Below, piece after piece: positions 12,624-26,546 of a stretch of 64,000 nt of DNA (its first letter is position 1; every line of letters begins with the position of its first letter). A program made the position numbers and the translations under genes. Origin of the DNA: Phaeosaccion multiseriatum (taxonomy: Eukaryota > Protista > Ochrophyta, other classes); the NCBI GenBank assembly GCA_965112735.1, contig OZ218952.1:4526001-4590000 (forward strand), given 5' to 3'. The notes under the pieces were generated by a model, which made no database searches, was not told the origin of the DNA, and saw only the letters and a program-made list of their open reading frames with translations.

Positions 12624-15336
12624 CCCTTGGGAGGATACTGACCCGCGTCGCACAGCCGCGTGGCCGTCCTTGTCCTTGTCCTCGTCTTTGTTGCCTGACT
12701 CTTGTGCTGTAGCAACCACACCACGGCCACTGCCCTCCCCAGCCCCGTGTGATTCCCGTTTCTCTCCGGGCCTCTCCTCTGGGGCTTTGGCTGCTGAAGC
12801 TTCTTCTTCTCCACCCGCCCCTCCATCTTCACCTTTTTCAGTAGGGAATAATCCGCCCTTCTCCTTCTCCTGAGAGGCAAGAGACCGAGGTGCGGCTCCA
12901 TGTCCCTCCTTCTCGCCCTTGCGTTCCCCATCAGCCCCTTTCGCGGTTGCGGTTGCATCTCTGACGACAAGTGCAGGAGGAAGCTCTGCGCCAGCCTTCC
13001 CGGCGTGCGGCTGCTCTCGAGGCTGGGTAGTAGACGGGGGGGGTGCCTTCTCCTTCTCTCTCTCAGCACGACCACCGCCTCCACCACCACCTCCTCCTCC
13101 TCCTCCTCCTGACGTTGGTGGCGCTGCTGCTTTGGAGTCGTCAGCACCACTCGTCGCTGCAGCAGCACTTGGAGCAGCGCGAGCCGCGGACCTCTCCTGT
13201 GGAGGACCCTTGCCCTCAGCAACAGGAGGAGAGCACGAGCGGGGGCTCGAGGACGCCGATCCAGAGGATGTGGAGGAGCTCTTACTGCTCACAGAGGAGG
13301 TCGTTGGGTTGCCACGCCCCTTCCCTTCGCCGCTCTTGTCACTGTCTAATGCAGGAGCACTATTCTCTCTCTCGACAGGCCCAGCGTGTGTAGGAGTGTC
13401 TTTGCATCGGAAAGAGCCTTCCCTCTCTCCATCGCCGAGCAACGAGTGGTGCTTTCCGTCCGCCATCATGCGCGGCGATCGAGGCGAATAGGGAGAGTTC
13501 CCTACCCCTACACCCCTCTCGGAATCCGCCTCTGCGGTGCCTCCTCCTGAAGTGCTCCGCCGCTTGATGGGTGAGAGGGGTCCCTTGGGCGAGCGGGGAC
13601 CCTTGGGAACAGACACAATCCCCAGAGTGCGGTCGTCCATCTCCGCCTCTGACTCGCCTTCCCCTTCTTCCTCCTCGACAGCGCTCATCTTCCCACCCCT
13701 CTTCTGCTGCTGCTGTCCCCGCTGCTGCTGTCCCCGCTGCTGCTGCTGGCTAGAGGCTGTAGACGACGACTCTGAGTTTGAATTGTGGTGGGAACGGAAC
13801 AACGACAAAACAGGGGGGGGGGGGTGACAACACACAAATTGAGCAGTTGGTCAGTGCTCTGATTGAAATCCTGAAGGGTAAAACCAAATGGCACTTTCTC
13901 GTCTTCGCTCTCTGTCCAGCCCCGCCCATTCCATCCCCTCTTTTCCTCTTGCAGCCTCAGCCGTCCTCCCCAACTCCTCACCTACTGAGCCTGAGCCGGC
14001 TTTCCTCCGCTTGTTCCCTTCGTCGCTGGTGTTTTCCTCGCTGAAAACACTCTCGCTCCTTCCCCGCTTCTTGCCTCCGTTCCCGCCCCCCCTTCCCCTG
14101 CTTCCGTCTGAGCAAATCACCACATCCGCGTCAGGAACCTTGGTGTACTCTTCTGTTCCATCGTCGTAAGAGATGAGTACCACGCTCCTGTTGAGCGCAA
14201 ACACAGGGGCCGAAGAGAGTGAAAGGGACAAAGGGCGCGGCAGGAAGTGAGAGGGGGAACGGGGGGGGGGGGGGAGATACCCACCCATCTAACTAAGAAA
14301 AGAGAGCAAGTGGCATTTCAAACAAGTCGACCCCTCTCGAAGCAACAGCGCACTCTTACCCTGCCTCGTTGTAGTCTGCCACAGTGCCTCCGTACCACTT
14401 GCCCCCGTCAAACCTGACCCTCACGCGACACCCGTTGGAGGGAGGATACTGCGCTTGGATAGTCGCAGGAGAAGGGGGGTGTGTATCCCGTGTTTGCTGC
14501 TGCTCGTCTTCATCAGAGTCCCCAGATTCGTCGTCGTCCTCCTCATCTTCATCACCCTCTTCCTCCTCCTCGTCGTCCTCCTCCTCTTCATCTTCTTCTT
14601 CGTAGGATTCGTCATGCTCTGCATCGCCGTCTTCCTCGTCCTCCTCTTCGTCTTCCCCCTGCTCCTTTGAGCGCTGGCTCCCCCCTTTCCGCTCCTCCTC
14701 CCTCCTCTGCTTCTTGATCCTCTTTCTCTTTTCCTCCTCGCTTTCCTCTTCATCCCGGATTCGACTAGCCCCCTTCTGCCTCCCTCCGTTTGCAAGCTTG
14801 TGGCTCGACCCGTTATGAAGACCCGAATCACTTCCCTTTCTCGCCCCCGCCTCCCCTTTCGACCCAGACCCTCCGCCTTTCCCCCCCCACGGCCGTCCCC
14901 GCTTCGAAGCGCCCCCATCGCCGCTGTCCTCCGCACTCTTCCCTCTCGCCCTGTTCCACACACCTCCCTCGCCATCCTCTCCGTCGTCCCCCCCTTCCCT
15001 GGCCTTGCCCATCCTCCCATGGTGCTGAGACTTGGGACTGCCCCGCCTCCCGCTGCCGTGCCCGTGTGGGTCTCGGTGCTTCCTGTACTCAGACGACTTG
15101 ACCCTCCCCATGGAGCCATCCCTACTACTACTCCTCTCCTTGTCCCGGTGATGATGGCCTTCCCTCCCCCCGTGCGGAGGCTGCGGCTGCTGCGGATGGC
15201 CTGTCGAAGAGGCAGCGGGTAGCCGACCTTCCAACACCGCCTTCCCACCGCTGCTGCTGCCTCCGCTGCCGCTGCCGCTGCCCACGCCGCTGGCCCCGGC
15301 CATGGACGCCGCCAAGGCCCTCCTCAGCGACGTCAT
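7323..15336 (-). CDS. Large (~2500 aa) low-complexity chromatin protein with an N-terminal Tudor-like domain and three CW-type zinc fingers
   Basis: Exons ~15336-14360, 14187-13982, 13771-7323 with matching splice phases. Three CW motifs (WVQCDKCDKWRRLP..WVC..C; WVQCEHKSCQKWRRVP..WYC..C; WVQCDRKHCKKWRKLP..WYC..C). The Tudor-like RVRVRFDGGKWYGGTV..ISYDDGTEE spans intron 1. Confidence 0.88.
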
Positions 15337-15501
15337 GACTCCTCGTGGGCCTTCACACTCTTCTTCTATCTCTCCCTCCACTTCACTTCAAAGCAATAAA
15401 GCAGCCCCCGGGGGCCCGGCCTTTTTGAGCGCCAGTCTTTATGGTAGATCCAAGGAGAGGGGGAAATCAACGGAGTTATCATCTTGGGGTTGTGGAAAGG
15501 G

Positions 15502-18500
15502 ATGGCCTCCATGGTGTCCAGCAGCAGCAGGAGGCCTGCCTTATTGCTGGACGTGGCCTCTCGCTTAACCACCAAGGAAGAGGGCGTCTTGGACATCTGC
15601 CTAGCGGCGGGGCGAGAGGCGGGCACTACCACTGTTGTTCGCGTCGCGGGCGGCTGGGTGAGGGACAAGCTGCTAGGCCTGGAGAGCGACGACATGGACA
15701 TCGCGCTGGACGACTGCTCCGGAGTGCACTTTGCTGAGGTTGTGAACAGCTATCTACGTTCGCGGGGCGACCCCACGAGCCTCGGCGTCATTAAGGTGGG
15801 CGCTTTCACTGTGTTGCTCGCTGCCCTCTCCATCGATCCACCCCTCCCTTGTGTCACGTCTAGTTTCGTCCTCGTCTTGTGTTCGATCCACCTCTTGCGT
15901 CTCGAAGCATTGGATATATTTCATCTTCCTTCCACATCGTGCCCTCGTGTTGCCTCCGGTGCCAGGCTAACCCGGCCCAGTCAAAGCACCTGGAAACTGC
16001 GCGGATGAAGGTTTGCGACGAGTGGATAGACTGCGTCAACTTACGAACAGAGAGCTATGGGCAGGTGAGTCTTCACAACGCTGCCGCTGCTGCTGTGTCG
16101 CTCTGCCGAGGTGACACCTCTCCCTCTCTCTTCTTCCCTCTCCTTTCGCTTCTGCTGCTACTCACCCCATGCCTGCTGCGCCATTTCCTCTCTCGCTTGC
16201 CGTCCCTCCCACCCATGTGCCCCCCTCCCTCCCTCCCTCCCTCCCCCATCCATCTCCCATCAAATGGGCCGATTGGGGCACAACAACACAGGACTCACGC
16301 ATCCCCGAAATAAAGTTTGGCACCCCAGAGGAAGACGCCTACCGGCGCGACTTTACAGTCAACGCGCTCTTCTACAATGCCTCGTCCAAGGAGGTGGAGG
16401 ACTGGACCAACAAGTGAGTGAGTGAGTGAGTGGGGGGATTGATTGAGCTGGTCGGTTGGTCAGCCAGTCAGTCGCTCTCCTGGGTCGTTAGGTTCTCTTA
16501 CCCCCAGAAAGTCGTCGCTCCGCCGTGCTGACTTGACTTGACTGCCCTTTGTATGACAGCGAGCCCGATGGAATTGAATGGTTTGTGAGCTGACCAAGTC
16601 ACTGCTGCGGCTCCTCCTCCTCCTCCTCCTCCTCCTCCTCCTCCTCCCCCTCCCCCCCTCCCTCTTCCCTTCCTTCTTTTACATTTCCTTCCACACAACT
16701 GGACTCATCCATCTGTGAACCGGAAGAGGCTTGGAGGACCTGCGCGACGGCCTGATCCGCACTCCTCTTGCCGCCTCAGTCACTCTGCTTGACGACCCCC
16801 TAAGGGTGTTGAGAGGTATCCGCTTCGCCGCTCGCTTCGACTTTAGGCTGCACGAGGACCTTGTGGCTGCAGCGAGGGACCTCTCCGTACAGAGGGCCTT
16901 GGCCAGCAAGGTAAGGGAGGGAGGGAGGATGGACGGACGACGTGTGTGCGTGCGCGCGCGTGTATGTGCGTGTGTTCCGTAGCCCTGACTGCGCTTGACC
17001 GCACCTCCCTTGCCCTTTGCCTTGCCTTGCCTTGCTTTGGCTTTCCCCGGCTACGTATCTTGTGCCCTTCCCCGCCCCCCATCACCATCCTCCTCCTCCT
17101 GCGCTAGGTGAGCAAGGAGCGGCTGGGAAGCGAGCTGGACGGTATGCTCAAAGGCAAGGCCGCTAAGCCGTTCCTCGCCTTCTCGCACCTCCATAGCCTT
17201 GGACTGCTCTCCACCGTCTTCACGCCGCCTGCCGATGTGTCTCCCGTGCCGGAGGGGGGCTTTGACTGGGACCTGCCGATGAAGGGGGTACTCTGTCTGC
17301 GGTACCTGCACAAGCAGGCGGAGGGGGTGGAGACGGAGAGACTGCTGCTGAGTGGAGGGGAGAAGGAGGAGGGGGCTTGTACAGAGATGGAGACGGACGC
17401 TGCTACTATTGCCCCTTGTCCTCCTGCTGCTGCTGGGCCCTGCTCTACGACTACCAGCGCGGAGCACGACAGACTGCTCTACCTGGCTGCGGGTGTGCTT
17501 CCGCTGGCTGGAGCTTGCTTTGAAGAGAAGAAAGGGCAGTTCTTCCCCGCGGCCCTGTATGTGATTCGCGAGTCCCTAAAGCTCAAGACCAAGGACGCGC
17601 AAGATGTATGCAAGTTGCTTGACTTCTCCACCTGGAGAGACCTCGCACAACTACACGAGCAGCAGCAGCAGCAGCAGCAGAAGGGTCAGCAGGGAGTAGG
17701 GATAGAAGGAGCCTCACAAGAGCCCGCAGAAGGGTCAGCAGGAGGGGGATGCTCCCGGCTGAGGGCGGGTCTCGCGGTGCGTGATGCGAAGGACATGTGG
17801 AGGGCTTGCATTGATATGGCCTGTGTGGTGGAGCTCTGTGGGCTGTTTCCAGAGGGGCCGCTGGCGCTGCCGTCAGAGTCCTCGGGAGAGAAGGTGCTGC
17901 AGGTGGAGAGCTGCCGGGCCATCGTTGAGAGGTATGGTTGGAGGGGGTGGGAGAGGATGTTCGTTGGTACTTGTCGGGTGTATTTTTCTGGTTATTTGGG
18001 TGTCCAAATGCGTTTGTTTGTTTGGGTGTGAATGGATGGCGTGTGAACTGTCTCAATCCGAGTGTGGAGAACGCGTGTGTGAAGTGCCGTGTTGTTTGTA
18101 TTGCTGCCGGGTGGAAGACGGGACTATCACTTATCAGCATTCGGTAGACATCGATCTCATGATGTGGCCTTCATTGGTTCTGGTACTACTGGTACTAGAC
18201 GGCGTCTTAAGAATCTGAGGCTGAATAGACAACAAAGGCCTGGCGCACAGCTCAACGACCTCACTCTACTCCTTCCTTCCTCCTGGTGCTGTTTCACCCC
18301 GCTCACAGATACCGCGCCTTGAAGCACCACATTGTAGGCCTCGGCCTGGATGGCGTGTGGCGCATGAAGCCCCTCTGGGATGGCCAGGCAATGGTGAATC
18401 TGCTCAAAGATAAGCTCCAGAAGAATGTCAAGCCCGGCCCCGCGGTCGGCAAGATGATGCAGGTGCAGCTTGAGTGGCAGCTGGAGCACCCCTCGGGAAC

Positions 18501-18663
18501 GAAGGAGGAGCTGATGCGTCATCTGGAGGGGAAAGTGGCCGCTGTGGTGGCAGAGGCCCAGGAGGAAGCGGAGCAGGAGCTGCTGCAGAAGAAGCAGGAG
18601 CTGCTGCAGAAGAAGCTCAAGCGCAAGGCGGAAAGGAGTGCACACGTAGAGAGCAAAGGATGA
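15502..18663 (+). CDS. CCA1: CCA-adding enzyme (class II tRNA nucleotidyltransferase)
   Basis: Six exons. Motifs RVAGGWVRDKLLG..DMDIALD, ANPAQSKHLETA, IDCVNLRTESY, GTPEEDAYRRDFTVNALFYN, DDPLRVLRGIRFAARF, VSKERLGSE. Confidence 0.95.
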
Positions 18664-18878
18664 GTGAGGATGAGCCTCAGTATTGGCCATTGGGTTAGAG
18701 GATTATGGCCCCCTTCAAAGCCAATCCACCCGTGCGCTCTCTCGCCAAACTCGTGCCCTTGGACGTGGAGCGCGGGGCGGAGCAATGGTTAGTGCGCGGT
18801 TGGGGCGGAAGGCCTACTTCCTGCACGAGGACTGCTGCCGTGCTGCTGCAGTATCACCAACTGCTACGGGTGCTATTG

Positions 18879-21800
18879 CTATTGCTTGATGCTGGCCTTG
18901 AGGGCAGCGAGCATGGCCCTAAACTTTCGCTGGATGAGCGTCACGGGCAGGCCGACTTGCAGGGAGAGGCCCCGCAGCTTGGCCACGTTTAGATTGGGCA
19001 CAGTTGGTGATATGCCCGAGTGTGCCTGGTGGAGCCACAGTTGCTGCCATATACCAGTACCAGCGGTTGGAAGAGGCAGAGTGGAGCAGTGGCCGCAGCA
19101 GCAGCAGCGGCACCGAAAGGAAAGGAAAGGGAAGAGGACGGATGGGGGAGAATGTGTGTGAGCTCGCGCTGATGCATAGCGCTCTTCTACGTGGGAGTTG
19201 AGTTTCTGCTGTCTTTCCTGACTTTCCTGCGCGTTTGCCACGTGCCGTTCCCGGGTGGGCCTCTCTTTCCTCCGCCGCGGTGACTTACTACACGCATTTG
19301 GAAGTGCTTGGGGGAAAGAGAGAGCTCACTACTCACTTGGTAGTACTTGCGGACCACATCAGCAAGCTCGTCAAGCTCCTCGCGGGCCGTATCAGAGCCT
19401 TCTTCCTCCTGTGACGGAGTAGCAAACCGAAAGAGAGAGGGGGGATTGGTAAGAACTACAACTATGGGCTTTGGGAGCTGCCCTCTCTCCTCCCTCTGGG
19501 GAAGACAGTGGGGAGGGAGGGAGGGAGGGAGGGAGAGGGGGACAGGGACAGGGCAGATACTTCATTTCTTTGCTGAGGCGAGGCTCATCCTCGCCCCCCA
19601 TCTACTGCCATCCAACCCACCTGTGGCTCCTGGGCGGACGGACTTCGGTCAAAGCCCGAGGCCAGGAAGGGGTGGTTGAGCAAGCTCTTGGCGGAGGGGC
19701 GAAGCGAGGGGTCCTTCTGCAGGCACTGCGCCAGAAAGTCGCAGAACTCAGGGGAGAACTGTTTTGTTTGGCACCATTGGAGGGCACGGGGGGGGGGGGC
19801 AGGGGGGGACAAGTGTTGGCATCATTGGTGGTGGGGGGGGGGGACAACTTTCTGTTGTCTTGTTTGGTTGGTGCGTTCCTTTTTGTTTGTGTGTCCTTGT
19901 TGAAAGCTTCAACAGGGTGGCAAACACTTTCCAGATGAGATTCTCGGACTGCTCTGTACTCGGCGTTGTTGTGCTTCTGATGCGCTCTCTGGGGGCGTCT
20001 TCTTCCCGTGGCATACATCGCTGATGCTTGGTCTGATAATTTCGTACCGTGACTTGGGCCAACAGACCAAGCATGACCTCTTTACCTCATGTCATTCAGC
20101 AGGAGGTATATTGCTCATCGTGAGTGCACACTGAAACCGACGACGGTACCGAGAGAAGACTCTCGATATTCAATCTTGGTAGTGGCCTAACACTGATACA
20201 CTGAAATGTGTACCCTCCACGGTTAATAACTCTGAGACCCAACCTATAACCTACCTCGCCTTCCGGGAGGCGCGGGGGCTCCTCGTCCTTGAGAGCCTGC
20301 AGAGCAGAGCAGAGCAGAGCAGAGAGGAGGAAGAAGAAAAAGAGAAACAAGAAGACGAAGGGGGAGGAGGAGGAGGAAAAGAGGAAGGAGACGATATGAA
20401 ACAAAGGACGACAACCCCAACCCCAACAACAGCCCCAGTGTGCGTGTGTGTGTGTGTGTTAAGTGTGCGTATGTGTGTGTATGTGCGGTTGAGGGTCTGA
20501 TCATCTCGTAGGATTACGTAAATACTTCCGAATGCAGGCCAACAACAACCCCACCCCAACGTCACTAACCTGTAGCAGGCCCCAATAGCCGCCCTTGTCG
20601 GTGTAAGGGAAGCGTCCCTGTGCGCAGGTCATGATGGCGAGGCCCAGGCTCCAGATGTCGACGGCGTAACTGTATTTGAGGCCGGAGATGCGCTCGGGAC
20701 TCATGTACGTGAAGGTACCCACAAAGGTCTCGGCCTGTCAAGACAGTGTACAGTGCGAGTGTGTGTTTGTGAGAGAGAGTGAGAGAGTGAGAGAGAGTGT
20801 GTGTGAGAGTGTGAGAGAGAGTTTGTGTGTGTGAGAGAGAGTGAGAGTGAGAGAGTGGGTGTGTGTGTGTGAGAGAGAGAGAGAGTGAGAGTGTACGTGT
20901 GTGAGAGAGTGTGTGTGTGAGAGAGGGATATATATGGAGAGTGTATGTGAGTCTCTCTTTCTCCGTGTGATTCATACACACACACTCTCTCGCCCTCCTC
21001 TCCGCATATACAAGATTCACAGAGGCCCCACTGAGAGACCCCCCCCCCCCCCCGAGCAGCTGGGACGGGCTTGCCCGACTGAAACTCACATTGGCCATGG
21101 TGTCCTCTAACGATCGAATTATGCCAAAGTCGCTGATCTTGACCTGTCCGGTGTGGCTGATGAGCAGGTTTCCGGGCTTGATATCTCGATGGATTTGCTT
21201 CCTGCTGTGGAGAAAGTCCAAACCCTTTAACACCTGATAGGTTATGCTCTTCATCACCTGCGGCCAGGGAAGGGAAGGGAAGGGAAGGGAGGGAGGAAGG
21301 GGCGGGAGGGCAGGGAAGGGAGGACAGGAGACGCAACGCACACATGCATACGCGAACAGAGAAAGAGAAGAGAGGGAGGGGGGCATAAGAGAGAGAGGGA
21401 CGAGAGAAAAGGAGAGAAGAGAGAGAGGGAGGGAGGGAGACGAGAGAGAGAAGAGAGAGACACTGAGGAAGAAGGGGGTGGACAAGGAATGGCAGGGCTG
21501 TTTCGGCCCATACCCTACATCCACACCTAACACCTTACCTCCTCAACGCTGCACCCCCCCGCGTCGACAATGTCTTGCAAGGAACCGCCGTCCATGTACT
21601 CCACAATCATGCAAATGTTGCCCTCCTGGGGGCTGATAAAGGCGTCGTAGAAGGACACAATCTGCGGGCAGGGGGACGCCACCACCTTGGCCTTGGGGGC
21701 CTCCCCCTGCTCCTGCCCCTGCCCTTGCCCCTGCTCCCCCTGCTGCTCGTGTCCATGGACTGATGCTACCCCTCGCTCGTCCCCCGCCCCTGCTCCTGCC

Positions 21801-23210
21801 TGCCAGCCCAAGGGCGCAAGGTTGCTGTAGAGGGCCCGAACTTCGTGCATCAATTGGCGACGCTTGGAATCATCATGCACGGGGATAACTTTTTGTGCCA
21901 CCAAAGTGAGGGTCGGCTGCGAGGAGTGGGGGAAGAGGAGGGGAGGGTATGAGACAGAGGAGAGGGGTGGGGGGATGGAACACACACACGCGCGCGCGAA
22001 CACACACACACATACGCACGCACGCACACACGCACACACGCACCACATGAAGGGCCTTGTAGACCTTGCCGCTTGCCCCTTGCCCGAGCAGCTCAAGCTG
22101 GACGATGTTGCTTTGTACATCGTCCCACCCGCTGTTGGCGAAGCGAAGCTCTGTGGGGCCGCCGGGGGTCCTCGCCAGACCGCTCCGGCGTATTTGGAAG
22201 TCGTCTACGGTTAGAGTGCCGCTCTCCGACAGTTTGTAGCTCTGTTTGTTTGTTTCATTCATTGCCAGCGAGAGAAAGGGAAGAAATGCGACGAAGGAAT
22301 GAATGGATGAACGGAGAGGGGGATGAAGAAAGCGATAGAGGACGGAAGGAAGGAAGGAGGGGTAGGAGTGAAGGAGTCATATGGGCCTTTTCTCTCCACC
22401 TCCTCCTCCGCTCTGCCGCTTTCATCTCACCTCCGAGTTGGTAAAAGTATTCTCCTCTTCGATGGTGACAATGTCCAGCTCCAAGCCCAAGCCGGCCATA
22501 ATGTCTTCCTCCCCGCCCCATTTCAGGTCGAAGTCCCCCCCCGCTTTCACCTCTTCGTCCCGCTCCTGTCGTTTCCCTTCACCCACCCCCTCTCTTAATG
22601 TACCTACTTGCTCGTCCTCCTCCCCCTCCTCTTGCTTGCATCGATATCGGTGCTCATTGTCATCCTTTGTCTTCCCTGGAGCGTTCCCTGTCGGATCTCC
22701 GGGCCGCGAGACTTGAGTCGAGACTTGAGTCGAGCCGGCTGGAAGGGCCTTCTCCACCATCTCATCAGCACTTGCCGCCTTGGTGTCTTGGCCTTGCGAG
22801 TGGCCCATTGGCGCCTTGAATCGACATCGGATGTCTTGGTGGTGCAGCTCAGCCAGAGCTGCTACCTTGCTCTTTGAGCCCTCCGTACTGGTCCCGGACG
22901 AAAGTGCAGCCCCATAGGCAGTAGCTTTGGCCATATCTTCATCCCGAGCAGTATCTTTCACCGACCCGTCTCCATCACTCTTACAGTGCGACGCTTTCCT
23001 CCTCCTTCTGTTGCTGCTACTAGTGGTGGTAGTACCGCTACTGCTGCTACTATTAGCACCATATTTGCCTTCGGCCTTGGGTCGAATAGCTTTCTCTATT
23101 CCCCTAAAGTCGCCAGGCACAGGTAAGGGTTTCGAGGGAGCTTTTTCCGCATGCCTCGGCCCCTTTCGTGAAGGGCGACCACTGCTGCTTCCGCCTACGC
23201 TGTCACCCAT
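18879..23210 (-). CDS. MAP kinase kinase (STE7/MAP2K) with a long low-complexity N-terminus and a short helical C-terminal extension
   Basis: About 9 exons: [78 protein letters not shown], then [15 protein letters not shown]|QLWLHQ..KASIKQ* (last exon 19043-18879). The start ATG at 23210 is a best guess. Confidence 0.92.
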
Positions 23211-23435
23211 CGCTACGGCATTAATAAGGACGGGGGGGGGGGGGGGAATAAGCGGGAGGGGCGATATCTTTCTCTGAATGGCGTGCGATGAGTATACCAA
23301 TTGGTCATTCGATCTGTGAGCCTTAACGGCTGAATTCTGAATTGTGTCTTTGATGGAGGTTAGGCAGCGGTACAGCACTTCGCAGGCCTCTCTCCCCTTA
23401 TGTGCCATCCATTTTGCCTTCTCCATCCATAAGCG

Positions 23436-23530
23436 GCTCCTCTCTCCCTCCCTCTCTTCAGATAAGACCAGGCCTTCAAGCGTCTCCTCTCTCTCCCTCC
23501 CTCTCTTCAGAGAAGACCAGGCCTTCAAGC
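23436..23530. repeat. ~48-bp tandem duplication just downstream of the RUVBL1 stop
   Basis: TCTCTCCCTCCCTCTCTTCAGA(T/G)AAGACCAGGCCTTCAAGC occurs twice. Confidence 0.85.
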
Positions 23531-23557
23531 CAGCACCACCCAACTACACCACCCAGC

Positions 23558-26242
<2,685 letters not shown>

Positions 26243-26546
26243 GGTTACCAGCGAGGTCTGTTGACTGTGCGAAGCTCTCTCAGGAGGGTCAAGGGACTAA
26301 GGCGTAGGATAGAGACAAGGTAGAGTAAGTGTCTGGCTGTTGCAGGTGTAAGCGTGGAACTGTAGAGAGCGAGAGAGACGGGCGATAGACGGTCAAGCAA
26401 GGCGACAACGGATGACCCACCTGGGTGTGTGGCTGCTTACGACTGGGCCGCTGACATATTGAGATTTAAAATCTCGGAGGAGACCGACGAACAAGTTGGG
26501 AAAATGACAGCAACCTAAGAGGTGGAGGCTCTTTCATCAGGGGAAG

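Noticed and set aside
19160-19241. Separate small gene suggested by ORF 18879-19241
   Set aside because: The 3' part is the last MAPKK exon and the 5' part lies in the preceding intron.
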